From Microbotryum violaceum (Eukaryota), in contig LN717261.1 of assembly GCA_001244265.2 (NCBI GenBank), positions 3,301,591 through 3,365,590 on the forward strand: a stretch of DNA of 64,000 nt, read 5' to 3'. The notes beneath the pieces were generated by a model. That model was given only the letters and a program-made list of their open reading frames with translations, was not told where the DNA came from and made no database searches. Position numbers and translations under genes: made by a program. Numbering within the stretch: the first letter of the stretch is position 1; the number at the start of each line of letters is the position of its first letter. Positions 51,973-64,000 of this stretch are shown piece after piece.

Positions 51973-53403
51973 ATGCCCCCCTCGCACCCCGACTCACCAC
52001 CCACGACGAACTTGTCGGACCTCGTTCTCTCCGCGAACGACAACCTCCTCGCCGACTCGTCCGTAGCGTTCCCTTCCCCATCTTCCTCCTCCCGCCCTCT
52101 AAATGACGGTCAACTGGATGAGGATGACGACGATACATTTCTCTTTGACCAAGCTTCAACATCGAAATCGACCTTGACCTCGTCATCTTTGGGAGGGACG
52201 CAAGATAATACGAGGGGGGGTGTTTCACAAGGTGGTGTGGGTGTTGTATTTGGTGGATCGATGGGGGTGTTTGAGAGTGATCCCATGAAGGCTACGACTT
52301 CTGGACGATTGGAGGAAACAGGGTTACCGGGATCGTCAAGCTCCAAGACGACGACGACGGGTTCACGTCAACCCAAGACCTCTTACGAAGCCGCTGCAGA
52401 ACGTCAACGTCAACGCCAACGTGGACAAACGAACGAGGATGGGATACCCCTTGATTTGGATGGTGAAGATGATCAACAAGCTTCGGATACGGATCTTTCG
52501 GACCAGGCGATGCAGGTTATGGGCTTGACGGAGGCCGAGATCAAGAGGGTGCATCAGTTGAGGGCAGAGAAGGATGGGCTGAGGGATATGAATGGCATGC
52601 TGGGGGATATGGTTAATAGTATCAAGGGTGTTGAAACCAAGTTGAAGGTACGTTCTAAAAACGCGATCGGAGTCGCCGCTCGTGGCCAAGTTTGCACGTA
52701 GGGATGGTCACCTGACGTTCCGAGCTGTCTTCTCTCTCGCTTCACTTACCCGACTCACACAGACCTTCAGTAACAACGCCACCACCACCCACGAGTTATT
52801 GGATCTCTACTCGCGCCTATCCTCGCAAGCTGAACACACGCAGAACCTTCTCCTGGACCCTCAATTCCGTGGAGCTTCAGCCGACGCCGCCGTTAGGGAA
52901 GCTCAGCAGGCTGAAGCACTCAGGATCCAGCAGGAGGAGGAAGAGAGGGTGCAGAGGGAGGCGAGGGAGAGGGAGGAGGCGAGATTGATGATGGAGCAAG
53001 AATTAGCGACGAGTGTTGTGGGACAGGTTGGGGTTGTACGAGGGAGTGCTCGAGGTGAGTTTTCCGCGAGCCTCTTGACTCGGGTCATTCCCGGCGCCAG
53101 CTAATTCATGAATTTATCCACCCAGGTGGACCGAGAGGTACTTCAACACGAGGTCTACGCGGTGTTCGTTCCGTGTTATCCGGTCTCTCGGGTCGCAATA
53201 CCAGCAGCAGCGTCAACGCATCGACAATATCGACCACCTCGAGCATGGGCGCTGCGGTTCCGGGTGCCGGGAGGGGTAGACCGGGTGCGACGGGGACGGT
53301 CACGGGCGTTAGAGGTGTGAGGGGTCTGAGAAGTCGGGTTGGAGTTGTTGGTGGGAGAGGAGCGTCGGCGGGTAGAGGAGGATCGGGGAGCTCAATGAGT
53401 TGA
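51973..53403 (+). CDS. DUO1: DASH/Dam1 complex subunit Duo1
   Basis: LRAEKDGLRDMNGML...THELLDLYSRLSSQAEHTQNLLLDPQFRGASAD matches the Duo1 core, followed by a coiled coil and an RG-rich tail. Two introns. Confidence 0.8.
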
Positions 53404-53667
53404 TTTTGACGCCTAAGTGGCGGATGAAATTGATCGCTTTTGCGAGGGGCACTTGTGTATGCGAATATTTGGTGTGTTGAAGTTTCACATGAAGTAAACG
53501 TTCAAATGAAGTATGCTTTGAGGGAGAAGATGGGAGGGTGTGCCCGACTTCAGAGCATGATGAATCACGTGGGTGTCCCCAAGTCACGTGAGCTGGCCCA
53601 AGAAATGTCTTGATCTTTCGCGCGTCGATCACTAGCTTCGTACTCACCGTCAACTTGCCTCGACGCG

Positions 53668-55371
53668 ATGAGTCGACCAGACAAAGACGTCAAAGAGATA
53701 CCCGAACATGCCGAAGTGTTGACACCGCAAGAGATGCTGCAGCAGTTTGACAAGGTCAATGTCTGTGGTGAGTGCTTACACGCTCGAGGGAGCGCACACT
53801 TCGCAAGTTGGTCGTCCTGCGAGCTCACGTGACTTTCCATCGTTGGGCTTGGTGCTGGCCTTGTGTTTACAGCTCCCATGGTGAGTTGCAACCGTATGCC
53901 AGGACTTGATGAGATAGGCAGGCTAATTACTGTAATGGTGTGGGGTTGCAGGTGCGATATAGCAAATTGCCGTTTCGGCAGCTGGTGGCGCAGTACGAAA
54001 CTCACATCACCTATACGCCCATGCTACTGTCAGTCCAACGCTCGAACAACAACCTTCACTCTGTAGACTGGGCTGACGTACACCTGAACATGCCAATTCC
54101 GTAGCGCTCAAGAGTTTTCGCGCTCGGCCGTCGCTCGCGACTCGGACTTTTCGACCAACACCCTCGAACGAGGCACATTCTGGATGACTCCCAAAGTCAA
54201 CCACACCCTAGTTCAAGAATGGGACTCTTCTCCCGAACGACGAAGCGAGGAAGCTCTTGCACGCAAGGCGCGACGAGGTCAGAGAAGGGTCAGGGGTAAT
54301 TTGGTTGCTCAGTTCGCGGCGAACGATGCGGCGCAATTGGCCGATGCGGCCGAATTGATCAAACCCTGGGTCGATGGGATTGATTTGAACTGTGGTCCGT
54401 CGATGAGTCGCAGCTATGTTCGCCCAAGAGGCCCCGCAACGTGATTGAATGGCTGAAACCGAGCGCGGACCCGGTATTTCGGCGTACAGGATGTCCTCAG
54501 AAATGGGCTTACCAAGAGGGGATTGGGTGTGCTTTGCTGAGAAGACCTGATACTGTACGGGACTTGGTGAGGACGACTAAGCAGAGGCTGGGGTGGGATT
54601 TTCCCGTCACGGTCAAGATTCGCGTTGATCCTAATCTTCAGTGAGTCGTCGTTCGTTCCATTCAACTGGACAAAATCTGGTGAGCGTAACCCGCTAATCA
54701 GACCGTGTTATTCGGTTGCAGATTAACGAACGAGCTCGTCACAACAGCCATAGCAGCCGGAGCCGACGTCTTGACCATCCACGGCCGGACACGCCACCAG
54801 TCCTCGTCCGGCCATCCCGTCAATCTCGACTCGATCCAATTCGCCGTCGAATGCAGCAAGGGACGGATCCCATGTGTTGCGAACGGGGATGTTTTTGATT
54901 TGGAGGGGGCAGAGGAGACTCGGAGGAGATGTGGTGTGAATGCTGTGATGAGTGCAAGGGGGTTGTTGGCTAATCCGGTGAGCTAGCATTGCGAGGATGG
55001 CCGACTGAGCAGGCTATTCGTACTGACTGCTCATTCTCTGCAGGCGTTGTTCTCGGGTTACGACAAGACACCTTCAACTGCCATCTCAGTAGGATCACTA
55101 GCCTGCACACCTCTCTGCCTTTTACGACACACTAACCACGAATCCAACCCCTGCTCTACAGGAATTCATCCGTATCTCGACCCAAGTCGGTCTCATCTAC
55201 CCTTTATTCCACCGCCACGTCGCGTACATGATCGAATCGCACGTTACTCGTCGGATGGATCGCTTATTCTTTAATGGTTTGACGAGCTATGCTTCGGTTT
55301 GCGATTATCTAGAGGATGAACTTGGGGTTAAATTGGGAGTGGCGGAGGGGAACATCGGCGTTAAAAAGTAA
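53668..55371 (+). CDS. DUS4: tRNA-dihydrouridine synthase, Dus4-like
   Basis: NVC|APM|VRYSKLPFR, YTPMLLAQEFSRS, VAQFAAND, GIDLNCG|CPQKWA, LTIHGRTR, VANGDV and VMSARGLLANP. APM lies on an 8-nt micro-exon at 53873-53880. Confidence 0.9.
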
Positions 55372-55772
55372 ATCGTCAAGTCCGCGGAGACTTGTGTGGA
55401 GTCGTATGAGTATATCTACCTCTCGATGTTTGTAGCTTACCCGGCGCACGGCTGCATAGAAGACGCGCAAGTCATGTCAACAATATCTAGCTGCGTGGTC
55501 CTACCTCACATGCTTTGTCGTGCTTACTGGAAATCGGGCTTGAGGAGTTTGGTAATTGACATTTGGAGTCCTGCGGCTGCCGGCCCGCCATCGGGTGAGA
55601 GTTGGGTGGCACGTATTTACTTATCACACGAGGTCGAGAATGCTCCAGCATGACACGTGCTCCCTTTGCGCGAAATCCACGGCGATTACTTGCTTTTAAA
55701 AGCGCAGATACCGAGGCTCGGGCCCAAAAATAAGGTGGAGAGCCTCCGCGGAGCTTCGAGACTTGTCTGATC

Positions 55773-55819
55773 GCTAACCGGGTGCTAACCGGGCGCTAAC
55801 CGGGCGCTAACCGGGCGCT
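55773..55819. repeat. 11-bp tandem repeat GCTAACCGGG(C/T) x4
   Basis: Four copies plus a partial, about 470 bp upstream of the AhpC/TSA-like ATG. Confidence 0.92.
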
Positions 55820-56283
55820 CAGGAGTCGGCGTTCTGCATCGGTTCGTATTGACACCCCTTGTCCCGTTCGGAACGATTTCGCATGACAACGCACGGCGCG
55901 ATCGAACTGAGGTACTCGACAATACTCATTGCCGGTCCAGCACTCAGGCTATCATTCGTCCGGCAATCTACGCCTCTTCGTGGGCCCATTTTCGTCGCAT
56001 CGTTTCGCGTTTCGAGTTGTCGTTCGATCGGTTTGATCGTGGGGAATTTGATTTAGTGTTGGGTGCCGCGCTGTGCCGCGAGGTGCCCCGCGGCGCACGC
56101 GCGAAAGTGATTTGCAACGGCACGGGCGGCTCACCTCAGTCAGCGACCACCACCGGTCGCGGAGCCCGAAGCATAACCCTCACGCGACCTTAGCCCTCGA
56201 CAGAGTGGCCGACGTCGTCGAGCAGAGGGTGAATTAAGAGACAAGCTTTGAACAAGGTGCACGCTCATCTCTTGTCCTCTGCC

Positions 56284-57897
56284 ATGGAGGCATTACCGAA
56301 CCCGTCAATCGTACTCGCCACCTCAACTGACGAGGCTTCATCCATACGCCCCTCCCCCGCCTTCAGCGAAGACGCCTTCATCACCACCCACTCGACTTCT
56401 ACACTCGCATCTTCCATCATCGGCCTTCCCGATCGACCCACAACTTCTGGACCGGGGTTATTGGGTGAGGTTGGGAGCTCGAGCGCTCGGTCGAGTCCGC
56501 TTCTGGGATCGAGTATGGATGGGGTTGCTCCGCCGCTGTTGAAGACGACGAAGTGGCAAAACGAGAAGTTGCGGACTGATCGGGCGGACGAGTGTGGAGA
56601 GGATCTTTTGAAACCTACTGCGGGGAATGAGGCATCGAAAGAGGCGAAAGAATTGGGAGCAGAATCCGGAGATGGGTTGGGCACAGGGGGGACGGAGGGT
56701 CTGGGCAGTCCAGCAGAACTTGAGGTAATGGAGGCTCCTTCTTGCTCGATCGAGGATAATGGGTTATCTCGAGGGCAGAAGGGTGGGAATGATCAGAAAG
56801 AAAATGGAGAAGGCGGTGAGAGGCCTGGTTTCGATAGGTTCAAGATGCCGACCAAGGACCAATTGCGAGGTCGGTCTGCGCATGCCTCATTCACAGAGAA
56901 AGGAGATTGGCTGACGAAGCTGTGACATGTCCGTTCTCAGCTGCTGGAATCTGCTTGTTAGCGGACGAAAACGGACGTAACGTAACTTTCAATTCGTTGG
57001 TCCAGGCACGAGGGAAGGTTGTCGTCGTCTTCCTTCGGCATCTTTGTGAGTTTCGGTGCTGTCGAAGCGAGGGACCGGAGCCTACTCTAACCACTTCGAT
57101 GATTCGCAGGGTGTGGTCTGTGCGCTCAATGTGAGTACTCTCGTGTGCGCCCGTCTTATTGCAAGTATAACTTATGATCAGTTTTTTGCGGATCCACAGA
57201 CGTCGTTGCACTCAAATCTGAAACCGAGAACCTGGCCCAAGCGTCCACCTCCCAACTCTCAACCGAATCCATGTACACACCACCGCCACTCTACATTCTT
57301 TTAATCTCGTCCGGCTCGCCCTCCCTCATCCCGATATACCAACAGCGCCTCGGCTGTCCGTTCCCTCTCGTCGTCGACAAGGGTCGCAAATTGTACAAGA
57401 CGTTAGGAATGACACTCAAGACGCTTTCGTTGGGGAAAGAGGAGGATAAAGGGTCGTATGTGACCAAAAGTAACTTGGGGAATGTGGTTGATAGTGCGAG
57501 AAATGTGTTGGCGATGCGACGGTATCCTGGGTCGCAGAAGCAATTGGGGGGAGAATTTGTCATGGTTTGGAACGGTACGTTGCGCTCCGGGATCGGTTGA
57601 GTATAAGGCTGCTAGATCGACATATCTGACCTCCTATTCATTTCTGTCATCGTGGTATGTAGACGAAACGGGACAGATGGAGTGCACGTATGCCAGTCGG
57701 ATGAACAGCACACGGTCTCACAGCGAGGCAGGTCTCTTGCTGCGCTGCGTTGACTTGTGCTCGGAGAGCGATGGGATGAGGCTGACCGAGATCTCCTTGC
57801 AAAACAGGTCCGAGACCTCTTCGCAGCTGCAGGAGTGCACTTGGATAGCATCGACCAGGCTTCTATCTTCGGCGAGAGCCAGCACGAAGGCTTATGA
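56284..57897 (+). CDS. AhpC/TSA (peroxiredoxin-like 2/AAED1-type) thioredoxin-fold protein with disordered N-terminus
   Basis: VVVFLRHL|WCGLCAQ|Y, with CxxC on a 21-nt exon at 57110-57130. Also LYKTLGM, QLGGEFV and RMNSTRSHSE. The last intron, 57728-57807, is GC-AG. Confidence 0.88.
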
Positions 57898-58576
57898 GCT
57901 GGGGGGAGTACAGGGGTCCCAGGTTTTCGGGACGTATGGGAAACCGCATTTAAGGGGATCATTAGCACACATGTGTAAGGCCAGCCCCTTCACAACTGGA
58001 CTACACAGCCAAAAAGGCAAACAATTTCAATCGATGCAGATTGAAATCAGAAGGGAGCTATTTAAGACACAAGGTAACTTTAATCCTTCCAACATGCTTT
58101 GGGCTTTCGGGGGGTATTTCGGGTCATTTTGATTAACGATACCAAATATTAGTGGCATGCAGTTGCAGTGAATATCGCAAATTTGGCAAACATCGTGTAC
58201 GCTTCATCGTCACTTTGTCCGAGAGCGGAGGGTGGCGCGTGCATTTACCGACCAGCTACCGAGTTGCGAAAAGTTGAGCCAAGGTATCCAGCCGCTGGCC
58301 CTAGCTGAAGGTGCAATCTTGCCGATCAAAACCACTCCTGATGGTGTCGAGGCGCGGGCATCTCCCTCAGCAGCGCCTCCTCCACGTCGTCGCTCCCGCG
58401 AGCTCGCCCGGGCGCGTGCGCTCCATGCCTGGGTCGAGGCGAACTTTCCCCCCTCTTCTCTCTCGGACCCATCACGTCACACTTCCCTCTGGGCGCTCTT
58501 TACTCTCACCAGCAGTCTTTCGCTCTTCGTTTATCTCTTTGGCTGTTTTTGGCCCTCGTCTCGCAACAAATTCGAC

Positions 58577-59180
58577 ATGCATCGCACCACACCTTCACCA
58601 ATCTGCGATGCGCATACCTCGGTCCTCGCGAGCTGGACTCTTCGCACTGCCACGACTCTCGCCGTCGCGCTCACCTGTCTCGCTACATCGGCTCTGGCAG
58701 CTAACCCTAAGACAGCGCAGCAGAAACGCCAGGAGCAACTCATGCTCGACCCAATTTTGCTGGTCATGAAAGAAGCAGCCAGTACGTTCTTACTATCTCC
58801 CGTCGGATTCCGGAGCTCGAAGCTGACCTCCGTTCTATCACGTGTTCTGTCTCGCTCGCAGCTTGGTGTGTGGTGTCATAGCGCTGTGTAGCAACGATCT
58901 CATTACATCCGCAAACGATTTACTGACTTTTTTCTGTGTCCACGTTCCCCCCGCACAGGTCCCGCTACGACCGTAAGTTCACTTCACGCTCTCATCATCT
59001 CGGAGAAACACTGCGGGGGCTTTCTTCCGATGGGGGCTCCCCCTGAACCCGTGGGACTGCGACTCTATTTCGTTCCCGTCCTTGGCGTTAGCTCTTTGGC
59101 GCTTTTCCAGTTCGAAGTTTAACCTACTATCTCATGGGCGACGACCAAGCTTATCTCGCATTCGGTCCAAGATCGGATGT
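58577..59180 (+). CDS. Hypothetical secreted protein, several small exons; 3' end unresolved
   Basis: Signal-like TLAVALTCLATSALA, followed by GT-AG introns with CTGAC branch sites. No family recognised. Confidence 0.35.
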
Positions 59181-61126
59181 GTGTGGCTCCATGGGTGTTA
59201 CGTCGCCGGTGACAGCTCGGGACCGGAACCGGAAGCAGGCTGACTTATTTCTCGCTGTGGGCGAGGGACGGACGCTCGACAAACGTCCGTCGTGTGCCTG
59301 AAGGGCGAGCGAAGCGGTTCCTGCACATTCTTTCAGGGCGGTCTCCGACCTCGATTGTCACTTGTCGGATTCCCCCAGATAAGAATAGCCCGTCTGGCCG
59401 TGCTCTCGCTTGCGCATTTGAGTTCAGTGGATTCGCGGCGCGACTTGTGGGCCTCACATCATTGAGATGGGTGATAGGTTTTCGCTTCAGGGATCGGGCT
59501 ACGACTGCGTGATGAGCATTCGCCCTCCCCATCGGCTCTTTTCGTGTACACACTAGCTCATCATGGTGAGATTGTGCCCTGCTGATACGAATCTTCATTG
59601 ATTCACCGCAGGACATGTTCTGCGCTACCATGAACCTCTCCAACTCTTCTGGGCCGCCGAGGTGACTCGAACCGCAGAACGTTCGGGCCAACGCTTCTCC
59701 TCTCCTCCTTGTCTGTCCCGCGCCATCGAACGCGACCAGGCCTACGCTTCCCTAGGTGAGTTGCAGCTGGGGAGACTCTTCTTATTTTTCGGGGGCTTGG
59801 AGATCGCCTGTATTTCCTGGACGTGGTGAAAACGTTCCTGGGGCGAGAATAGGCCCAGGTCCTTGGAGGTGTGCTGGCACCCTGCTCGTGCCTTCTCGCG
59901 CGCGCGTGCACGCACCCGCCCAGGCCCGTGTGACTTTGTAACTTTGTGATCGGCGCGCGCATGGGAAGGCGTTCCTTACTTTGAGCCTATCCTTATCCGA
60001 ACATGCTTCAGAACCTTGCGCGTCCGGGTCGTCCCTCGCTGACACGCTTCAAACCCTCATGTCTCGACTACTTTTTCTTGAGAGCAGAGCTGAACGAACA
60101 CGGTCAAAAAATATGCGTCGTACCTCTTGCGCCACCTAAACCCCGTCTACAACCTATCAGCGGTAAATCCACACCCAAGGCCAAATCCAACAAAACCATG
60201 GATCAAACCCGCTCTTCCGCGGCGCAAGTCGTCGCCCTCGCCGCTCGTGCCCAAAAATCAAGCATGTCGTCCACGCAGACATGGATCCGAGGAACATGCG
60301 AAGAAACAGCGAAAAAGTTTGATGTTTCGGAAGAGGATTGCGTACAAGTTTCGATTGTGAGGGATAGTTGCCGGAGTGAGTTCCTTCGACATGGCAGCTA
60401 CGATTGAGTTTCGAACCCCTGCTGGATCGACACACGCGCGCGCGGGGTTGCACGGTCGAATATCCTTCCTCATCATCTCCTGGCAGGGAGAGGGCTTGTC
60501 ATTCTCTACCGTGAAGCTGATCAATTTTTATCCTCCTGCTTCTTTCGCCCTACAGTCTCCGGCACGAAATATCCCTGTCGCTTCGGTCGGTCGATGACTC
60601 AAGTATAGAACGTCAAGATCACGATCGGAGACGCTTTCGGGTTGTATTCGCGGGGCTATTTCAGGGGGGCGGGTCATAGTTGGGGTTTGCACTGGATTGC
60701 GATTCCCCGATCTTTCGTTCAAGTGTTCGAGCATACTTTGTATTTTTATGGCCTGCGCGTTCTTCACCATGTTGCTACCAATTCCGTTCACTTACGCATT
60801 CTACTTTTCCCGAGGACGTCTCAAGTGGGGTGGCTTTTCTGTGCTGCCTGATGGTATTCACCTTGGGATTCATTTTTTAGATAAGGTTTTCATGACGTTG
60901 GGTAGATGATTTGGGGTCTGAGATTGTTTTGGTATACATCTTGTCATGCTTTGCTGCTTTGCTGCTTTGCTGCTCCCTCTCCTTCATCAACGTGCGCGTA
61001 GTCGAGGAGGTAGTCCCCTTCCGAACCGAGCTTGAATGAAAAGTCTCTATAGCAGATTCAACTCGGTTCCCCAATGCTCACCATATCATTTCTTTCCATC
61101 ACTACATCCTCCTCCTCTCGAAGAAC

Positions 61127-62543
61127 CTACTGCTTCCCCTCTTCCACAGCCTTCAAAACTGCCTCGATCACCTTGGCGTGCACATCCTTATGCGCAGCTA
61201 CTACGCCCTTGTTCCCCTTGAGGGTACGACCGAGGGAGAAGTCTAGAGGTTTACCATTCATATCAGATACGACCCCACCTGCTTCAGTGACGAGAAGTGA
61301 TCCTGAGGAATGATCCTGCGAGGTCATCCAAGTAAAAAAGGTTGGGGATCAGTATTCCCCTCCTTGAGAGGTGAAACGATGAAAACCTAACTCGAAGATT
61401 GGGGAAGAACGAACCCAAATTTTCTCTTCGTAAGTGTCCGAAACGGGTAACCTTAGATAAATATCCCCATCACCTCTAGCGATACTACAATATTTGGCTT
61501 GGGAATCCATCCTCACGCTAGGTTTGGTGATGCCCAAGATGGAAGCGATTCGGGCGTTGGTGGAGTGGTCCGAGTGACCGGCTTCGACGGATTCGCAGAA
61601 AGAGGCGGAGGACAGGGAGGGTAGGGTGGACATGGTGATGCGTTGCAAGGTGGGGTCGGTGAGGGAGCGCTGAAGAAAGTGTGAGAGGGAATATGTTAGC
61701 TTGAGGGAATCGTCAGAAGGTTTCAGCGCTGAGGGTTGAACGCACCTGGTAAGCACCCTCGCCCTTGACAGCAATGAAGAGAACGCCCTTTTCTCCATCG
61801 GGATTCTTGGGATCGACGGGGAGGTTGGGGCATCCCATCACACCAACCACGACCTGACCGTCTAGCAAGAGGCCAAGGCAGACCGCGTACTGTCCTCCTC
61901 GGAGGAACCCCTTGGTACCGTCGATGGGATCAAGAGCCCAATGACCTGTGACCAAAAAAAAATGCAGGAGGCACAAAGTTATGGCTCTGTTTGTTGTATC
62001 TCTCTCCGGGTTACCTGCTCCTTAAACTTACGACCCTGTTTCCCGCCCGTAGAATTGCCCCTATCAATAATCTCCATCCATTCCTTCTCCCCCCTTTGCA
62101 CGCTCTTGACCTCCTTCCAAGCCTGCTCCGATTCGTCCTGTCCTTCCAATACCTCAGCCATCGCTTCATTCGCCAAGCGCATGATGTGAGTTTTCGTTTG
62201 TGCGTTCGCAGGCGTATTGAGTTCGGAAGAATCTTCCTCGCCGACGATTTGGTCCTTTGGGAAATGCGAGAAAAGTAACGAGGAAACGAGAGCTTGACAA
62301 GTGTAATCCGCCACTGAAAACGAGAAACATGAAGGAATCAGTAAAATGTTCATGCTAGGTCTTGTTGAGTTCTAGTAAAGTTGTAGGCTGACCGGTGACA
62401 GGACTTTTATCCTTCTTTTCGACCCCACCACTGCCAATCAATTCGTTCTGCACCTTTTGAGCCAATAACGAAGCTTTGAGCACAGCAGCTATGGCGACTT
62501 TTTGTTCCTTGGCGTACGAGATAGGTCCAGTGGGATGAGTCAT
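61127..62543 (-). CDS. MET22: 3'(2'),5'-bisphosphate nucleotidase (Met22/Hal2)
   Basis: KKDKSPVT|VADY, IVGEEDS, WALDPIDGTKGFLRGGQYAV, ESVEAGHS, MDSQAKY and EKIW|DHSSG..EAGGVVSD. Confidence 0.96.
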
Positions 62544-62993
62544 GGTGGATGATGGGTTGGTGGTGGTGATGTAGCGAGAATGGGAGGTGCGATGGGCTTG
62601 GAACTGGCGAGAAACGAGCGAGAGACGCTGTAGGATCCTTGAGGCTGAAATGATGAGTGAGTTTTGACTTGTAACGGTGAGAGTGATGATCCAAGTAGTG
62701 TGACTTGAGAGAGCGGTTGGTGAGGAAGGAGCGAGAGAGCGTTGTCGAGAGAGCGTTGTCGCCTACTATTAGACCGGCGATGACGTGATGACGTCTCTCG
62801 AATGAAAATAACAAACCGTTATCAGCGGAAGCGGTCCAAGTCAATCCGTCTGTTGGGTGTTGATGCAAATGACATTGAATACACAATACAATAGATCTAC
62901 AGCTTCTCATCAAAGGAACACACAACTAGTAAAAGACGTAGAGTGGTGGTAAATGAAATGCTACGATCGCAGACGCCCTTCTCCCCCCCTCGC

Positions 62994-64000
62994 TCAGGAG
63001 AAAAAGTACAAACTACTCCTAATCTTGGTCAGATCAAAGTCGCCTTTCTCCGGTACGGGAGGTAATACATCCGCGACGTAAACGAACTTGGAATTCGCGT
63101 CTCGAGAAGTGGGCACTTTCCACATCTCCGCGGCTTCGACCGCTTCAGGGGTGGGTGGGGCATCCAAATCCGCGTCGTCTTCGACGGCGAGCAAAGGGAT
63201 TGTCTGTGAGCTGGTTTTGAGAGGATTCTTCGTGCTCGTCGCAGTGGCTGTGTTGGAGATGGGAATCGAATCGTGTTGGGCGAAAAGAGGAAGGGTCGCA
63301 GGACCATCTTCGGCTTCGAGTTCGGTTATCACGTCCGTAGGTTCAGAGGTCGCTTCGGCTTCGGTTTCGTTCTCGGGCGACCTGATTTGGATCGAGCCGG
63401 TGTGGTCGGGTTCGGCGTAGCGTAGTCCTCGGGGTACGCGTTTGACGGGAATGACGTGCCCTTTGTAACGCTCCAAGAACTAGAAACAAAAGCAAATAAT
63501 CGCATCAGTACTCCAACCTTGACTGCAAACCCCAATAAAGCCTTGAAAACCATCACTCACCTCCTGCCTCAATTTGCCCAAAATGTCTTGCGAATGTAAT
63601 TCGATAAAAGCCTCCCTCAACATGACCGACATCTCATCGACCGAACAAGCATGCGTCCAATACGAATCGTGTACCGAAGCAAACGCAATCTTGTCCTTAC
63701 TCGCCAACGCCGTCATCATCATATGCGTGGCGTCGAGGGAGTGAATGAAGTTGGGGGGAAGGCGGTGGCTTGGGCTCGAGAATCGACTTCGGCTGGGATC
63801 GCCGGGTCAGAAATGAAGACGCTTTGCAAAGCCGTGGTGACTTGTCTCTTACGATCCTTACGATAAGGTTGAACGACGGGGAGGCCCAAAGGAGTCGTCC
63901 AAACTACACTAGTCATCAATTCCTTCGGGATCCGACTCGGCATATCGACGTCCCTGCTCGGATCAGCCATTCCCGCCGCTTGCATCGCCGCCAACGCCTT
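62994..64000 (-). CDS. RPO41: 3' end of mitochondrial T7-like RNA polymerase; apparent frameshift at the G6 run 63753-63758
   Basis: WTTPLGLPVVQPY, AFPP(N)FIHSLDATHM, FASVHDSYWTH and terminal YFFS. Confidence 0.96.

Noticed and set aside
55773-55819. Interstitial telomere or CRISPR-like array
   Set aside because: The unit is not CCCTAA, there are no spacers, and the context is eukaryotic.

Overview
Gene-dense eukaryotic DNA with short GT-AG introns, CTRAC branch sites and micro-exons. It is a basidiomycete fungus; Pucciniomycotina/Microbotryomycetes is my inference from style and gene content. About 19 intact multi-exon genes can be read: DUF89/ARMT1-like phosphatase (partial), Pcl-type cyclin, glycerol-3-phosphate acyltransferase, BBE/AA7-like flavoenzyme, Sec2-domain protein, Kin4-like kinase, a secreted GPI-type glycoprotein, an AA14-like LPMO, ubiquitin-L40, an amidohydrolase, a PY-motif membrane protein, MED7, a two-RRM protein, Rab5, a Gon7-like protein, a sugar porter, Duo1, Dus4, an AhpC/TSA-like protein, Met22 and the 3' end of the mitochondrial RNA polymerase. 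A degenerate island at about 41-46.9 kb holds a decayed Cys-repeat gene and a ~125-bp inverted duplication. The best leads are: (1) an AA14-like His-brace protein hidden from the ORF track by 8-nt and 6-nt micro-exons, with an N-F-Y motif and a His/Lys tail; (2) a 432-nt acyltransferase intron that folds as a nested hairpin and is in frame apart from one TAG; (3) an AUG-less presequence-like extension upstream of MET22; (4) the inverted duplication; (5) recurrent C-rich to G-rich block switching. Several frameshifts fall in G/C homopolymers and are probably assembly errors. All gene models and family calls were made by eye, with no database search.
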